A DNA stretch of 64,000 nt. Source: a bacterium. GTDB lineage: Bacteria > Zixibacteria > MSB-5A5 > GN15 > FEB-12. The notes under the pieces are model-generated. The model made no database searches and was not told where the DNA came from. It was given only the letters and a program-made list of their open reading frames with translations. This document shows positions 29,000-38,720 of this stretch, piece by piece. A program made the position numbers and the translations under genes. The stretch spans positions 1 to 64,000 of the forward strand of contig JBDRNJ010000083.1 in assembly GCA_043811375.1 (NCBI GenBank). Direction: 5' to 3'. Each line of letters begins with the position of its first letter. Within the stretch, counting starts at the first letter, position 1.

Positions 29000-30776
29000 C
29001 GTCCTGACCCTCCACAGTCAGTGGTAATTCGATACTCAGCAAAGGCAGACCATCGCTGCCAATAGCGAGATCGTAATCCCCACCATGATATTTGATTGTT
29101 TCCAGGGCTACCAGTATGGTCAGGTGCTGAGATGACCTCTTACCGGTGAACAACTGCTTGAGAGCCTTAATCGCCTTCTCCCGTCCGTTGTCGGGACAGA
29201 CGATTTTGATTGATACCGATGCCCGGCCATCCCTGAGTTCGGTTCGGACCTCGGCAATGCCCGGAGGAATAACATCATCACCGATAAGTTTCAACAGGTG
29301 GTAGATGGCATGTACCAGTTGGTCGTGATTGCCATAGATCATCAGCTTGTCGCGAGCCTGAGACAGCGATATTTCCACCTGACGCTGCCGCAAACGACCG
29401 GCCAGCAGATCCAGGCAGTGTTGCACCAGGGCAGACAATTCCAGTGGGCGGCTTTCTTCCCGGCTGGCTCGCGAGAAATCCAGAACGTGATCCACAACGG
29501 CCTCGGTGCGCTTGACCTCACCGGCAATTATTCCCAGGTATTCGCGCTGTTCGTCGTTGAGTTCCGATTTCAGTAACAGGTTGGTGAAACCACCGATGAT
29601 AGTCAGCGGATTGCGTAACTCGTGGGCGACGGCTGACGTCAACTCCCCGATGACCGATATTTTTTCAATCTTGATGATCTGATCCTGCGATGCCGCCAAC
29701 TGGGCATTCATCAGTTCCAGTTGTTCGGCACGTTCCTTTTCGGCGTCATACAGACGAGCCCGTTCCATGGCCACTGCGGCCTGATTGGCCAGTACCTGCA
29801 GCAGATGAACGGCGTCGTCTGATATCTGTTGTCTGGTAATGCTGTTGTCAGCGGCCAGCAGACCCCTCAGGTGGCCCTTGCTGATCATGGGTACCAGTGC
29901 CAGGCAGCGAGTTTCCAAACATTGAGCTACGGTCGTAGTCACTGCGTCAAGGCTGCCGGCTTTCTCGAGGTTGATCCAGACACCGTCCCGACAAGCTCTG
30001 CTGATGAGAGAATCAGCTTCAAGATCAATCTCAAGGTTAGTAATCAGGTCGGTCAGGCTGTCCATTCGGGTACCGGTCTCTTCCTGATCGGTATCCAGCA
30101 ATTCGCTCAGAGAAAGTCGCATTGAATCGAGTCGATTCCAGATGTGTCCGGCTTCCTCGGCCGACCGGGGTCCCACAGCCAGGTGCCCGCGCAGCTTGTT
30201 TCCGGCTACATCATACAGGAACAGAAAGGCGCGGTTGAATCCCAATCCCTGCGACGCTGTGGCTCCGGTAAGAATGATCTTAAGAACCTGCGACAACTCG
30301 ATGGATGACGACAGCGCTGCGGCAACTTCCGAAATTATGCCTAACTGTAGACGCTCGCCCTGACTGTGGTCCGGGTGTTCACTGTGGACACTCCGGTCCC
30401 GGACAAAGCCCATGATCTCGCGGTTACCGGCGCTACTGCCGTTGACCGGTACGGCCGCCAGGTCCAGTACCATAAAACGACCGTGGCTGTTGGTGCAATT
30501 GAGATTCTGTCGCAGGAATGGTGAGTCACCCTGAAGAATCGCCGGGCATTGTTCAGCTAGTCCGATGTCCAGGATTCGATCGACGGAGCTGACATGCCGA
30601 TCTTCCCAGGGGACTCCGGCATCAAACGCCATGATGTCACCCGCTACATTATTGTACTGTACAATGTAGCCTTCTTGATTGATCCGGAACATACCCCATT
30701 GAAGGCAATCGGCTATCGCCCAGACGGCAGCATCAACAGCGGCTCCTGACTCTGGCATTATCTCAAGCGTCTTCAC
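28977..30776 (-). CDS. PAS-GAF-HisKA sensor with degenerate ATPase domain
   Basis: GAF (GLGFNRAFLFL), intact H-box AHELRNPL; N, G1 and G2 boxes degenerate. Confidence 0.85.
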   Translation of the reverse strand: MKTLEIMPESGAAVDAAVWAIADCLQWGMFRINQEGYIVQYNNVAGDIMAFDAGVPWEDRHVSSVDRILDIGLAEQCPAILQGDSPFLRQNLNCTNSHGRFMVLDLAAVPVNGSSAGNREIMGFVRDRSVHSEHPDHSQGERLQLGIISEVAAALSSSIELSQVLKIILTGATASQGLGFNRAFLFLYDVAGNKLRGHLAVGPRSAEEAGHIWNRLDSMRLSLSELLDTDQEETGTRMDSLTDLITNLEIDLEADSLISRACRDGVWINLEKAGSLDAVTTTVAQCLETRCLALVPMISKGHLRGLLAADNSITRQQISDDAVHLLQVLANQAAVAMERARLYDAEKERAEQLELMNAQLAASQDQIIKIEKISVIGELTSAVAHELRNPLTIIGGFTNLLLKSELNDEQREYLGIIAGEVKRTEAVVDHVLDFSRASREESRPLELSALVQHCLDLLAGRLRQRQVEISLSQARDKLMIYGNHDQLVHAIYHLLKLIGDDVIPPGIAEVRTELRDGRASVSIKIVCPDNGREKAIKALKQLFTGKRSSQHLTILVALETIKYHGGDYDLAIGSDGLPLLSIELPLTVEGQDDATPAGG

Positions 30777-31131
30777 ATGACTCCGAGTTTATTGTAGTCC
30801 CCGCCGGGACCGTGGTTGACTGAGACTGCTTCCGTGACGTCAGGTTCTGAAGTTTCTCGTTGGCGGTGGTTATCATCAGGGCCGCTGCCTCGATGCGACG
30901 CAGCCGTGACAGCGCCTTCCGGTCGGTGACGCCCTTTTCCCAACGCAGGCACTGAAGATTACCTATTATCACCGCCAGCGCATTGTTGATGCGGTGATTA
31001 ATGGCCGTTGTTTGTGACGCCACGGATTCGGGAATCTCGCGAGAATCGCAATCGGCGATACTCGGATCACCCGGACACTTGATCGTTTCCCGGTCAGTTT
31101 CAGCGGCGTTTATTTTTTGGTGGCATGACAT
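30763..31131 (-). CDS. Stand-alone HisKA/DHp-like protein
   Basis: TTAINHRINNALAVIIGNLQCL...LRRIEAAA..I...KL. Confidence 0.65.
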   Translation of the reverse strand: MSCHQKINAAETDRETIKCPGDPSIADCDSREIPESVASQTTAINHRINNALAVIIGNLQCLRWEKGVTDRKALSRLRRIEAAALMITTANEKLQNLTSRKQSQSTTVPAGTTINSESCEDA

Positions 31132-31149
31132 AATATTCGTACTGGGTTT

Positions 31150-31770
31150 TCACCTTAAATGGATAAACTCTTCCACGCGCTTGGTAATTTTAGCGGCCAG
31201 TCGTTCCTCCAGAGAATGAAACAGCCTGAGCTTGGCCGAAGCCGTCAGGTGCAAATCAGGGTCGTTGATATCATCGTCCATAGTCGCCTGAAAGATACGG
31301 GCACCTTTCTCCTTGACGCGAAACGGTTCGGATACCAGGAGCCGACCCCCGGCAACGTCGATCAGGCGGAGCTGACCCTCAATAACCCCGACCGTCTCAT
31401 ATTTGTGAAAGACCAGCGGTAGATGGAATGACTTCTCCCGGCGCAGTTGCTCGTTGTCCACATCCACTATGAGCAGGTGGTCTACCCCGGCTTCCAGCCC
31501 CCAGTTGACCAGGCTGTCGAGATGGTATCGGTCGGCCGGGAACGGAGGGCCGTCCGGCAATATTCTTCCGGAAGGTATGAACCGACCGGACTGGTTGCGA
31601 CTGAGGTGCCCCAACAACCGGTCCTGAAGAATCGAACCGCTCCAGGCAAGCGGTGCTTCGTTAACACAGACCGCTACCCGCTGGGGTTGAGCCGATGCGG
31701 TCCCGGCCAGGATAACCAGCAGCAGACCGACAACCGTTGCTTTATGGTCAAGGGTGTGATTATTGCTCAC
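31150..31770 (-). CDS. Hypothetical secreted protein
   Basis: Signal peptide (LLLVILAGTASA); translationally coupled to its neighbour. Confidence 0.7.
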   Translation of the reverse strand: MSNNHTLDHKATVVGLLLVILAGTASAQPQRVAVCVNEAPLAWSGSILQDRLLGHLSRNQSGRFIPSGRILPDGPPFPADRYHLDSLVNWGLEAGVDHLLIVDVDNEQLRREKSFHLPLVFHKYETVGVIEGQLRLIDVAGGRLLVSEPFRVKEKGARIFQATMDDDINDPDLHLTASAKLRLFHSLEERLAAKITKRVEEFIHLR

Positions 31771-32284
31771 TGGACGTCACCCGGTCATGGTAGATGTACT
31801 TCTTGAGGACGTTTTCAACAGTCTCGGAGAAGTTCGACAGGCGGTTTGAAAGCAAGTTCAGTTCGCCATCGGATAGCTTGTCCAGAAGGAAGTCGCGGCC
31901 GATGAATTCGATTCCGACTAGACAGCATTCCTGGTCGTAATCCGCACGCTTGACGGTACCCAGCACGTTGTCGAGGATTTCCGTCCCCTGAAGCGAAAAG
32001 CGCATGGCAACGATATCCCCTTCGTTAATAGACTGGTTGATCTCAACCAGCACTCCACCACCGGAGATATTGAGAATGTCACCATCGATTCTATCGTTGT
32101 CACCTTCGGGCCAGAAATTGCCGAAGATGTCCTTGATCTTGCTTAGCGACATCGGTGACGATATCTGCAACCGTACATACTGCCGTTGATTCTCCCGGAC
32201 GACCTTGAACGGCTGCTTTATCCTGACATCCCGTTGACTCATGTCCACATCCGAGACTAATTTAGTTCTTGTCGGGTCTTCCAT
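31760..32284 (-). CDS. PilZ-domain protein
   Basis: QRQYVR, NISGGG, VGIEF; start ATG 32284. Confidence 0.85.
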   Translation of the reverse strand: MEDPTRTKLVSDVDMSQRDVRIKQPFKVVRENQRQYVRLQISSPMSLSKIKDIFGNFWPEGDNDRIDGDILNISGGGVLVEINQSINEGDIVAMRFSLQGTEILDNVLGTVKRADYDQECCLVGIEFIGRDFLLDKLSDGELNLLSNRLSNFSETVENVLKKYIYHDRVTSSEQ

Positions 32285-32309
32285 GTTGTGCTCCTGCATA
32301 TCGAGGTTT

Positions 32310-33065
32310 TCACCTGCTTTGCATCCATGCTGTTATTCTTTCGTTAACTTCTATTCTTTTGTGTTCACTGTAGTCCATGACTGCCGGGGGCAACTGCTTG
32401 AGAGTCGTCAGAGGAAAACGCTGTTCACTCCCCTCCTTCAGGACAAACTCAATGCCAATGTTGAAATGCCCGTCGTCTCCCGACAGCGAGTAAAGCACCT
32501 GGCCCAGCACCAGCGGTGGAAATGAAAAATCGGCCAGATCGATATTCATAAACAGGTAGGTGGGATTTTCCAGACCACTGTTGAAATCAATCATAGTCCC
32601 GCCCCCGGAAACAGTGATGGTTTCGGTTTCAAGCCAGCGCAACCGACTCAACTTGTCACGGCTGAAGGTCATCAGTGGCATGGCAGCCAGCCGAACCGGT
32701 CGAACCAGCGTCACTCTTGTGAATCGTCGCCGTGAAAGAGGCATTGCCTGCCGACCGATGATTACCCGGCATCTGCCTCCGGCACTGCGTTTTAATATTG
32801 CCGGTAGTGACAATTGTTGACCTCGGTAGGTTACCTGTAGGGTGACTTTTTGATTGCTGACGAGACTATCTATGAGACCGACGCCGCCGCTGCGATCAAC
32901 AGAGATTTCTCCTTCGCTGACCAGGATCACCTTGGCTACCAGCGGTTTACCGGGAATTTGCTCGGAAAACAGGGTGACCTCACGCCCGACCAGCAACGAC
33001 AGATCCAGCCGCAAGGCGTCAACGACACCAGGTGTCCGGTCAGTCTGATCCATGGAACCGGTCAT
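32310..33065 (-). CDS. YcgR-like PilZ-domain protein
   Basis: RRRFTR, TVSGGG (variant), IGIEF. Confidence 0.78.
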   Translation of the reverse strand: MTGSMDQTDRTPGVVDALRLDLSLLVGREVTLFSEQIPGKPLVAKVILVSEGEISVDRSGGVGLIDSLVSNQKVTLQVTYRGQQLSLPAILKRSAGGRCRVIIGRQAMPLSRRRFTRVTLVRPVRLAAMPLMTFSRDKLSRLRWLETETITVSGGGTMIDFNSGLENPTYLFMNIDLADFSFPPLVLGQVLYSLSGDDGHFNIGIEFVLKEGSEQRFPLTTLKQLPPAVMDYSEHKRIEVNERITAWMQSR

Positions 33066-33067
33066 AC

Positions 33068-33826
33068 CTACAATAGTCCCTTCTTTCTCAATTCAATCTG
33101 CTGCTGGAAAACGTATGTAACCAGACGGTTCTGAGCCGACTGATCGAAATCCCGCACTGTCGCCGGTAAAGCGGCCAGCCTTCCCTGAGTAAAGTGGCCA
33201 GCTAACTGTGTCGACCGCAGGAACTGGACACCGACCAAGTACTTACCATCATCACGGAAAGTGCGGCGACATATACTCGCGACAACATCCGGCAAGCCGA
33301 TTTCCGTAAATAAGTCGACCTTCAGCAGCATCAGGTCACCGGTCGACGGGCTTTCTTTGACTGCCATCAGTACACCACCGCCACTGATGTTGACGGTCTT
33401 TGATTTCTTCCATTTCATTTCGGAGTCACCGGCACCCGCCAGAGGATTATCCGCAAGATTGACCCAGGAAACCCCGGTAAACAGATCGACACGAACAAAC
33501 TGACGTCTTTGTACCCGCTGGGGACCTTTGGGGCGGACCAGCAGATGAACCGTTTGCCCATCTCTGGTAATCCTGGTTATGGTGGAGACAAACTGATAGA
33601 CGGCATCCTCGCGCGTCAGCAGGAACAGAATCCGGCAACCGTCGCGCAGTAATGTGTTTCCGTCAGTATACTCCGGGCTGCTGATGATGATTCCCTCATC
33701 GATGAAATCCTCTATCCGGGCGACATAGTGTCCGGCAGACTCACCATCTCCGACGATTATCTCGACTTTCTCCCACAGCTTCAACGGCTGGTTCAGTCGC
33801 GGTATGCAGAATTGCGTATAAGCCAT
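33068..33826 (-). CDS. YcgR/MotI-like flagellar brake (PilZ)
   Basis: RVQRRQFVRV, NISGGG, VFQQQIELRKKGLL. Confidence 0.88.
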   Translation of the reverse strand: MAYTQFCIPRLNQPLKLWEKVEIIVGDGESAGHYVARIEDFIDEGIIISSPEYTDGNTLLRDGCRILFLLTREDAVYQFVSTITRITRDGQTVHLLVRPKGPQRVQRRQFVRVDLFTGVSWVNLADNPLAGAGDSEMKWKKSKTVNISGGGVLMAVKESPSTGDLMLLKVDLFTEIGLPDVVASICRRTFRDDGKYLVGVQFLRSTQLAGHFTQGRLAALPATVRDFDQSAQNRLVTYVFQQQIELRKKGLL

Positions 33827-33835
33827 GATAACTCT

Positions 33836-35026
33836 TCAGACTGTGGCTGTAGCCGCCTCCGCCATACTGGATTTTCCCTGCTCCACAGCCAGTTCAAGAA
33901 TCTTGCGAGCCAAGGCCACCTTGGAACGGTCGTTGCGGTGGCGGTAGACAAATTCCTGGCCGTGTTTGATAGTGCTGTTGAAGTACTGTCGGGCTTCATC
34001 GTAATTGCCGATACGTCGCGAAAGCTCGGCGATAAGATACGAAGCCTGTATCTGTTGGTTGCCGGGAGCAATGTCACGTCCATCGGTAAACGCTTCCTTG
34101 TAGTAGTGAACAGCTTTCTCCAGGGCTTCGCGCTCGCTGGCAGCCGCCCACGACCATTCTCCCTTCAGATAAACCAGGAACTCAAAAAAGGACGGATAAT
34201 CGTGAAAGGATATGCCGCCCTGAAAACCATCGCCTCCCAAAGCGGTTGTCTTGTACTCAGCCACCAGTTCACCCAGGACGCCGTTACCCTTGACAGTCTG
34301 TAAGGTGGTGTCTCGCACCGATGTGATTGCCTCATCGAATCTGTCACGGAAGGGAACGAGGCGTGACTTGAGTTCACTGGTAATATCCTGCCTGTCGAAA
34401 TACGACGCCATCTGGTCGGTGAACCGATTGACTTGGTCTTCCATCCGCCGGGCAGTGTCTACGAGTTGCCGGTAGTGCTCATCGAGATCCGTCACCAGAC
34501 CCTGCCGGAGCGACTGCTGCGGATTGCTCAATTGCTCCAGACCGCGAAAAACCCAACCGATTCTCAGATAGAAACGACCCACGTCGAGCTTGCTGTAGTG
34601 CTCAGTAAGCTGCTCATTGTAAACAGCCAGGTGCAGCTTAAGGATGGCCGACTCGTTGGGATAGCGTTGTATATCGATGGCTTCACCAACCTTTTTGAGT
34701 ACCGAGTCAGCTTGCGCCAGTTGATCGAGATGTTTTCCCTTGATGGTCTTCAAGCGATAGGTACGGTAGGTATTGTCATTCTTCCATTCCTTGAAGCTGT
34801 TATTCAACTCGCGCGCATAGAAACAGTTGGAGCAGGCGGCAATGAAAAACACGAGCGGGTTGTGCGCCTGGTACCTGGGGTAGCGCCAGGTGATACCGCG
34901 CGGGCAGAAATCGGTGTCGCGCCCCTCTTCAACATAGGCGCCCATACGCACCGTCTCAAACTCATTGATCGTCTTGCAGATGGGACACTCAACTCTGGTC
35001 AGAAAGAAAGGGTTGTCATTAGCCAT
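33836..35026 (-). CDS. DUF2225-family protein (Zn ribbon + TPR-like)
   Basis: CPIC..F, DTDFCP, CSNCFYA, LRIGWVFR, YLIAELSRRIG. Confidence 0.82.
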   Translation of the reverse strand: MANDNPFFLTRVECPICKTINEFETVRMGAYVEEGRDTDFCPRGITWRYPRYQAHNPLVFFIAACSNCFYARELNNSFKEWKNDNTYRTYRLKTIKGKHLDQLAQADSVLKKVGEAIDIQRYPNESAILKLHLAVYNEQLTEHYSKLDVGRFYLRIGWVFRGLEQLSNPQQSLRQGLVTDLDEHYRQLVDTARRMEDQVNRFTDQMASYFDRQDITSELKSRLVPFRDRFDEAITSVRDTTLQTVKGNGVLGELVAEYKTTALGGDGFQGGISFHDYPSFFEFLVYLKGEWSWAAASEREALEKAVHYYKEAFTDGRDIAPGNQQIQASYLIAELSRRIGNYDEARQYFNSTIKHGQEFVYRHRNDRSKVALARKILELAVEQGKSSMAEAATATV

Positions 35027-35041
35027 GTTTTTCTCCGCGGG

Positions 35042-35482
35042 TTATTCGTTTTGGGCACTACCCAGCAGGGCCAGTTCGGCCTCAGAGACCGGTAGTACCG
35101 CTTTGATCTTGTGTGCCGGGGCACCGGCATCGACCATCTTACGCGCCAACGCCATTATTTCGACAAGATTGCGACGCCCCTCGGCCACATTTGACGGAGT
35201 CGGTATTGGCGTCCGGTCGGTCGCCGAGGCGGTGGTCGGGTTCTGCTTGAGCGAACCGAACTGAACGAACTGCATCGGACGCGCAGATCGGTCGGCGCTG
35301 TTGTCCGGACTTCCGTCGTCGTTGGTTGACGAAGAACCGGCCGATTGGGTTTTTGCCGTCGAACTACGGCCACGGCGCAGCATCGAATACACGGTCAGCA
35401 GAAACCCCGCAGCGGCCAGTGAAGCCACCACATTCAACAACAGGTCTTTTAGAAATGGTTGAGTCAAATCCATTTGTGTCAA
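35042..35482 (-). CDS. Membrane protein, SwrB/DUF2802-like C-terminal HTH
   Basis: N-terminal TM, linker, ARKMVDAG....IKAVLPVSEAELALL; lies downstream of fliA. Confidence 0.6.
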   Translation of the reverse strand: MTQMDLTQPFLKDLLLNVVASLAAAGFLLTVYSMLRRGRSSTAKTQSAGSSSTNDDGSPDNSADRSARPMQFVQFGSLKQNPTTASATDRTPIPTPSNVAEGRRNLVEIMALARKMVDAGAPAHKIKAVLPVSEAELALLGSAQNE

Positions 35483-35489
35483 TCCTTTC

Positions 35490-35801
35490 CTAAGCTCTCA
35501 AATCGATATGGTCATCCGCCGCCGTTTCGCTTGCTTCATCAACGGAATCGTCAGAACTCTTTTTCACGGGAGCTTCCTTCCTGTTGCTCACCGATTGTTC
35601 ATCCTGACTATCCTTTTCGATCAAGACAGTATCACCTGTCGTCGAATCGGCGGTGTCTCCCTTGTCTGAATCCATCTGTTCGTCCAGCGCCTTTTTGAAT
35701 TGTCGCTGCTGATGTTCCTCCGAGGATCTGTCGGCCGGGTTAACCCGTTTTTGCGGTGGCGGTTTGATCAGATTATCCACCGGATCAATGTGCGTCGCCA
35801 T
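35490..35801 (-). CDS. Hypothetical acidic, low-complexity protein
   Basis: AGGAGG RBS, operon position, ends HIDLRA. Confidence 0.65.
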   Translation of the reverse strand: MATHIDPVDNLIKPPPQKRVNPADRSSEEHQQRQFKKALDEQMDSDKGDTADSTTGDTVLIEKDSQDEQSVSNRKEAPVKKSSDDSVDEASETAADDHIDLRA

Positions 35802-35832
35802 GGCCTTTCGTCCTCCTTCGTCGTGGCCGGGA

Positions 35833-36705
35833 TCAACCGGTCAGGGCAAACTTCTCCCGCACCATGCCTCTTAGTTTCATCACCGCCCGGGTGTGGATCT
35901 GAGACACTCTCGATTCTGAAATCGACATCACTTCGCCGATCTCCTTGAGGGTCAGTTCTTCGTAGTAGTACAGGGCGATGACCAGTTTCTCCTGCTTCGT
36001 TAATCGATCTATTGCCACCACCAGAAACGATCGCAACTCACCTTTCTCGATCTCACCCAGAATGCTGTGGGATGTATGGTCCACTATGGTTTCTATTCGT
36101 GGTACCTGACGGTTGTCATCTTCACGGTAAATGACTTCGTCCAGAGAAAGAATAGAGGTGCTGGAAACGTCATCGAGGGCGGCATGCAACTCCTTGACGC
36201 TGATTTTCATTTCCCTGGCCAGTTCGGTCTTCTCCGGTAGTCGACCCAGTTCGTTTTCGAGGCTTGTCAGAGCTCGGTCGATTTCACGGGATTTGGCCCG
36301 TGTCGATCGCGGCACCCAATCCAGCGCCCGTAGTTCATCAAGAATCGCTCCCCGGATACGGGGCACGGCGTAAGTTTCGAACTTGACTCCCCGGTCGGGG
36401 TCGAAATTGCCGAACGCTTCCACCAGTCCGATAACTCCCGTATTGATGAGGTCCGACAGTTCGACGGAACGGGGAAAACCCATCGCCATGCGGGAGGCCA
36501 CGTTGCGTACCAGTGGGACATACTTGCTCAGCAATCTCTGCCTGATCTCAGGCGTCCCATATTTGTGGTACTGTGCCCATTCGCGTTCGGACACATCCCA
36601 GCGCTTGGTTCTTCGGGTCGGAGCGGTCAGCTCGGTGCTCTTGCCGGAGACCGATCCCGACGTCCGTGGTTTTCTTGCCGGTCTGGCTTTTGTTGTGTTA
36701 ACCAT
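35833..36705 (-). CDS. fliA: Flagellar sigma factor FliA/WhiG (sigma28)
   Basis: KFETYA..RIRGAILDELR..DWVPRS; ELTLKEIG..ISESRVSQIH. Confidence 0.96.
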   Translation of the reverse strand: MVNTTKARPARKPRTSGSVSGKSTELTAPTRRTKRWDVSEREWAQYHKYGTPEIRQRLLSKYVPLVRNVASRMAMGFPRSVELSDLINTGVIGLVEAFGNFDPDRGVKFETYAVPRIRGAILDELRALDWVPRSTRAKSREIDRALTSLENELGRLPEKTELAREMKISVKELHAALDDVSSTSILSLDEVIYREDDNRQVPRIETIVDHTSHSILGEIEKGELRSFLVVAIDRLTKQEKLVIALYYYEELTLKEIGEVMSISESRVSQIHTRAVMKLRGMVREKFALTG

Positions 36706-36712
36706 AAGAATG

Positions 36713-37585
36713 CTATTCCTTTATATCGGCCGTTACCTTACTTTCATTTATTTGAATTTTCGACTGAGTCGAACGCGTAACGCGCTGCAAGTCAAACTGT
36801 TGAATCAACTGAAGAGCCGACTTTTCCAATGCCGTGAGCATAGCTGAACCGGCTGCCGCATGACACAGCAACTGCTGGCGTGATATGCTGTCTCGAACCG
36901 CCGGGTCTTCCGGTAATGCCTCCAGCCAGGACAGCGGGCAGTTCAGAAAGCGCTCTGCCATAGCGGTCAGTTTCTCCCGAACGTAGGTGGCTTCCCCGGG
37001 AGAAGAAGTGCGATTGACAATCATGGTACAGCGGCTGCCTGCCCTGGAATGTGCCAGGTGTTTGAGTAACCCGTAGCCATCGGCCAGAGCCGTCAATTCC
37101 GGCACCGTCACGATCAGGCTTAGTTCGGAAGCCAGAGAAATGGTAGTGGCGGCGGTCGACTTACCCGAGCTGTGATCCAGCACCACCAGATCATAATCTC
37201 GAGCTTGTTGACGAAGAACCTTCATCAGCGCTCCGGCGGCGGCGGTATCAAGAAGATCCGAAGTGAGCCGGTTCGATTCTGAGGCCAGAATATCCAATCG
37301 AGGGAAAATGCCGGTAACAGCTTCCTTCAATGACAGTTGACCGGCTGCCAGAGCTCCAACACCGTACTCCACCACAGTGTTGGTCAACAGATGCACGTTG
37401 CCCATGCCGAAATCGGCATCGACCAGCAACACCCGGCAGCCTTGCGAAGCGATACGCTCGGCGAGATTGCAGGCGATTACCGTCTTGCCAACTCCACCCT
37501 TGCCGGACAGGATCGAGACGAACCTGGTTTGCCGACGGGTGTCTGAATCTGAAGCGGTCTTTTCAAGCCTGAGTCTGTTATTCAT
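36713..37585 (-). CDS. flhG: FlhG/FleN MinD-like ATPase
   Basis: SGKGGVGKT, DADFGMGN, PELTALADGY; lies between flhF and fliA; start ATG 37585. Confidence 0.88.
   Translation of the reverse strand: MNNRLRLEKTASDSDTRRQTRFVSILSGKGGVGKTVIACNLAERIASQGCRVLLVDADFGMGNVHLLTNTVVEYGVGALAAGQLSLKEAVTGIFPRLDILASESNRLTSDLLDTAAAGALMKVLRQQARDYDLVVLDHSSGKSTAATTISLASELSLIVTVPELTALADGYGLLKHLAHSRAGSRCTMIVNRTSSPGEATYVREKLTAMAERFLNCPLSWLEALPEDPAVRDSISRQQLLCHAAAGSAMLTALEKSALQLIQQFDLQRVTRSTQSKIQINESKVTADIKE
36723..36750 (-). promoter_or_regulatory. sigma28 promoter upstream of fliA, inside the flhG 3' end
   Basis: TAAA-N16-GCCGATAT. Confidence 0.7.
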
Positions 37586-38720
37586 GATCCACCTCAACCG
37601 CTGTGATCTCACGGATCAACTCCTGAACCTGTGGAGGTCTTATTTGTCCTTTACCGCCGGGCGAATCGGTCACCAGCGCCAGTTTGACACCGAGAGCCTC
37701 TGCCGCCGTCACCACTGATCCGTATCGCCGTGTCTGATCGAGCATGGTCATCACCAGATGGGTGGGATTGAACTCGAGCAGCGGCGTAGTCAATTCTATG
37801 AGATCGGCGCCGCGAGTCAGTGCGGAGAATACCACCAGACGGTGGCTGGGGCGTACCCGCCGAACCATCTTCCTGATTCGCTTCAATTCCTGTTTATCCC
37901 GTGGGACTGCCGGACCATCTATGAGCACAATGCTGTTGTCGGTTGACTGTCCGGCATCAGTCGAAAAGGCATCCACGACATCGGCGCCGACAATTGCCGC
38001 CAGACCGGACAGTTCGTCGTGTGCAGCCAGCTTTTGAAAATCAATACAGGCCAGCGTCACGCGATGCTTTTCCCCGGTTACCAGTTGCACCGCCAGCCTG
38101 GCCATCGCCGATGATTTCCCGGCTCCGGGATGACCCAAAAACAGCAACCGATCACCCGGTTTCACATCAAGGCCGGGCTGTACCAGGTCGGACACTTGCC
38201 GGATAAGGGTTTGCCGGACCTGAGACAGCAGATCCTGGGGCGGGTTGTAAACCCGGGCGACTTCGGCTGCAAAATTGCTGATGAACTGATCGGTGAAGTC
38301 GCAATCGGCCATCCGGCGGCATACTTCAGAGAGAACCGGCGGTTTGTCTGACGGAGATCGGGAACGGCCGCTATTGCTTCCGGTCGGCTTCAACTGAGAA
38401 TGGGCTTCCGACTCCCCGTGAGCAGGATCGACGGCCCCCGACATCCGGTCGGAAGATGGCTCTTGTTTCGGCAGCAACCAGGATGTTGCATCTTCAGCAT
38501 CATCTGAATGAACGGACACTGCCGGCCGGTTATCGGGCAGGGCTATTTCAGCCCGACCTACTGTCGGTCTTTCCAGACAGGCAGTAATTTCTATCCGGGG
38601 CAATCCCGATGCCGTGATATCTTGTCGGGTCTGCAGCACGATGGCGTCACAGCCCAATTCACTGCGAACCTTCTTGCGAGCGGCTGTGGCTGATGTGGCT
38701 ATGAATGTCTTAATTATCAT
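37578..38720 (-). CDS. flhF: FlhF (SRP-GTPase family), G motifs degenerate
   Basis: MIIKTF.A....A..KVR.ELG.DAIVL N-terminus; GHPGAGKSS; follows flhA. Confidence 0.85.
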   Translation of the reverse strand: MIIKTFIATSATAARKKVRSELGCDAIVLQTRQDITASGLPRIEITACLERPTVGRAEIALPDNRPAVSVHSDDAEDATSWLLPKQEPSSDRMSGAVDPAHGESEAHSQLKPTGSNSGRSRSPSDKPPVLSEVCRRMADCDFTDQFISNFAAEVARVYNPPQDLLSQVRQTLIRQVSDLVQPGLDVKPGDRLLFLGHPGAGKSSAMARLAVQLVTGEKHRVTLACIDFQKLAAHDELSGLAAIVGADVVDAFSTDAGQSTDNSIVLIDGPAVPRDKQELKRIRKMVRRVRPSHRLVVFSALTRGADLIELTTPLLEFNPTHLVMTMLDQTRRYGSVVTAAEALGVKLALVTDSPGGKGQIRPPQVQELIREITAVEVDHE

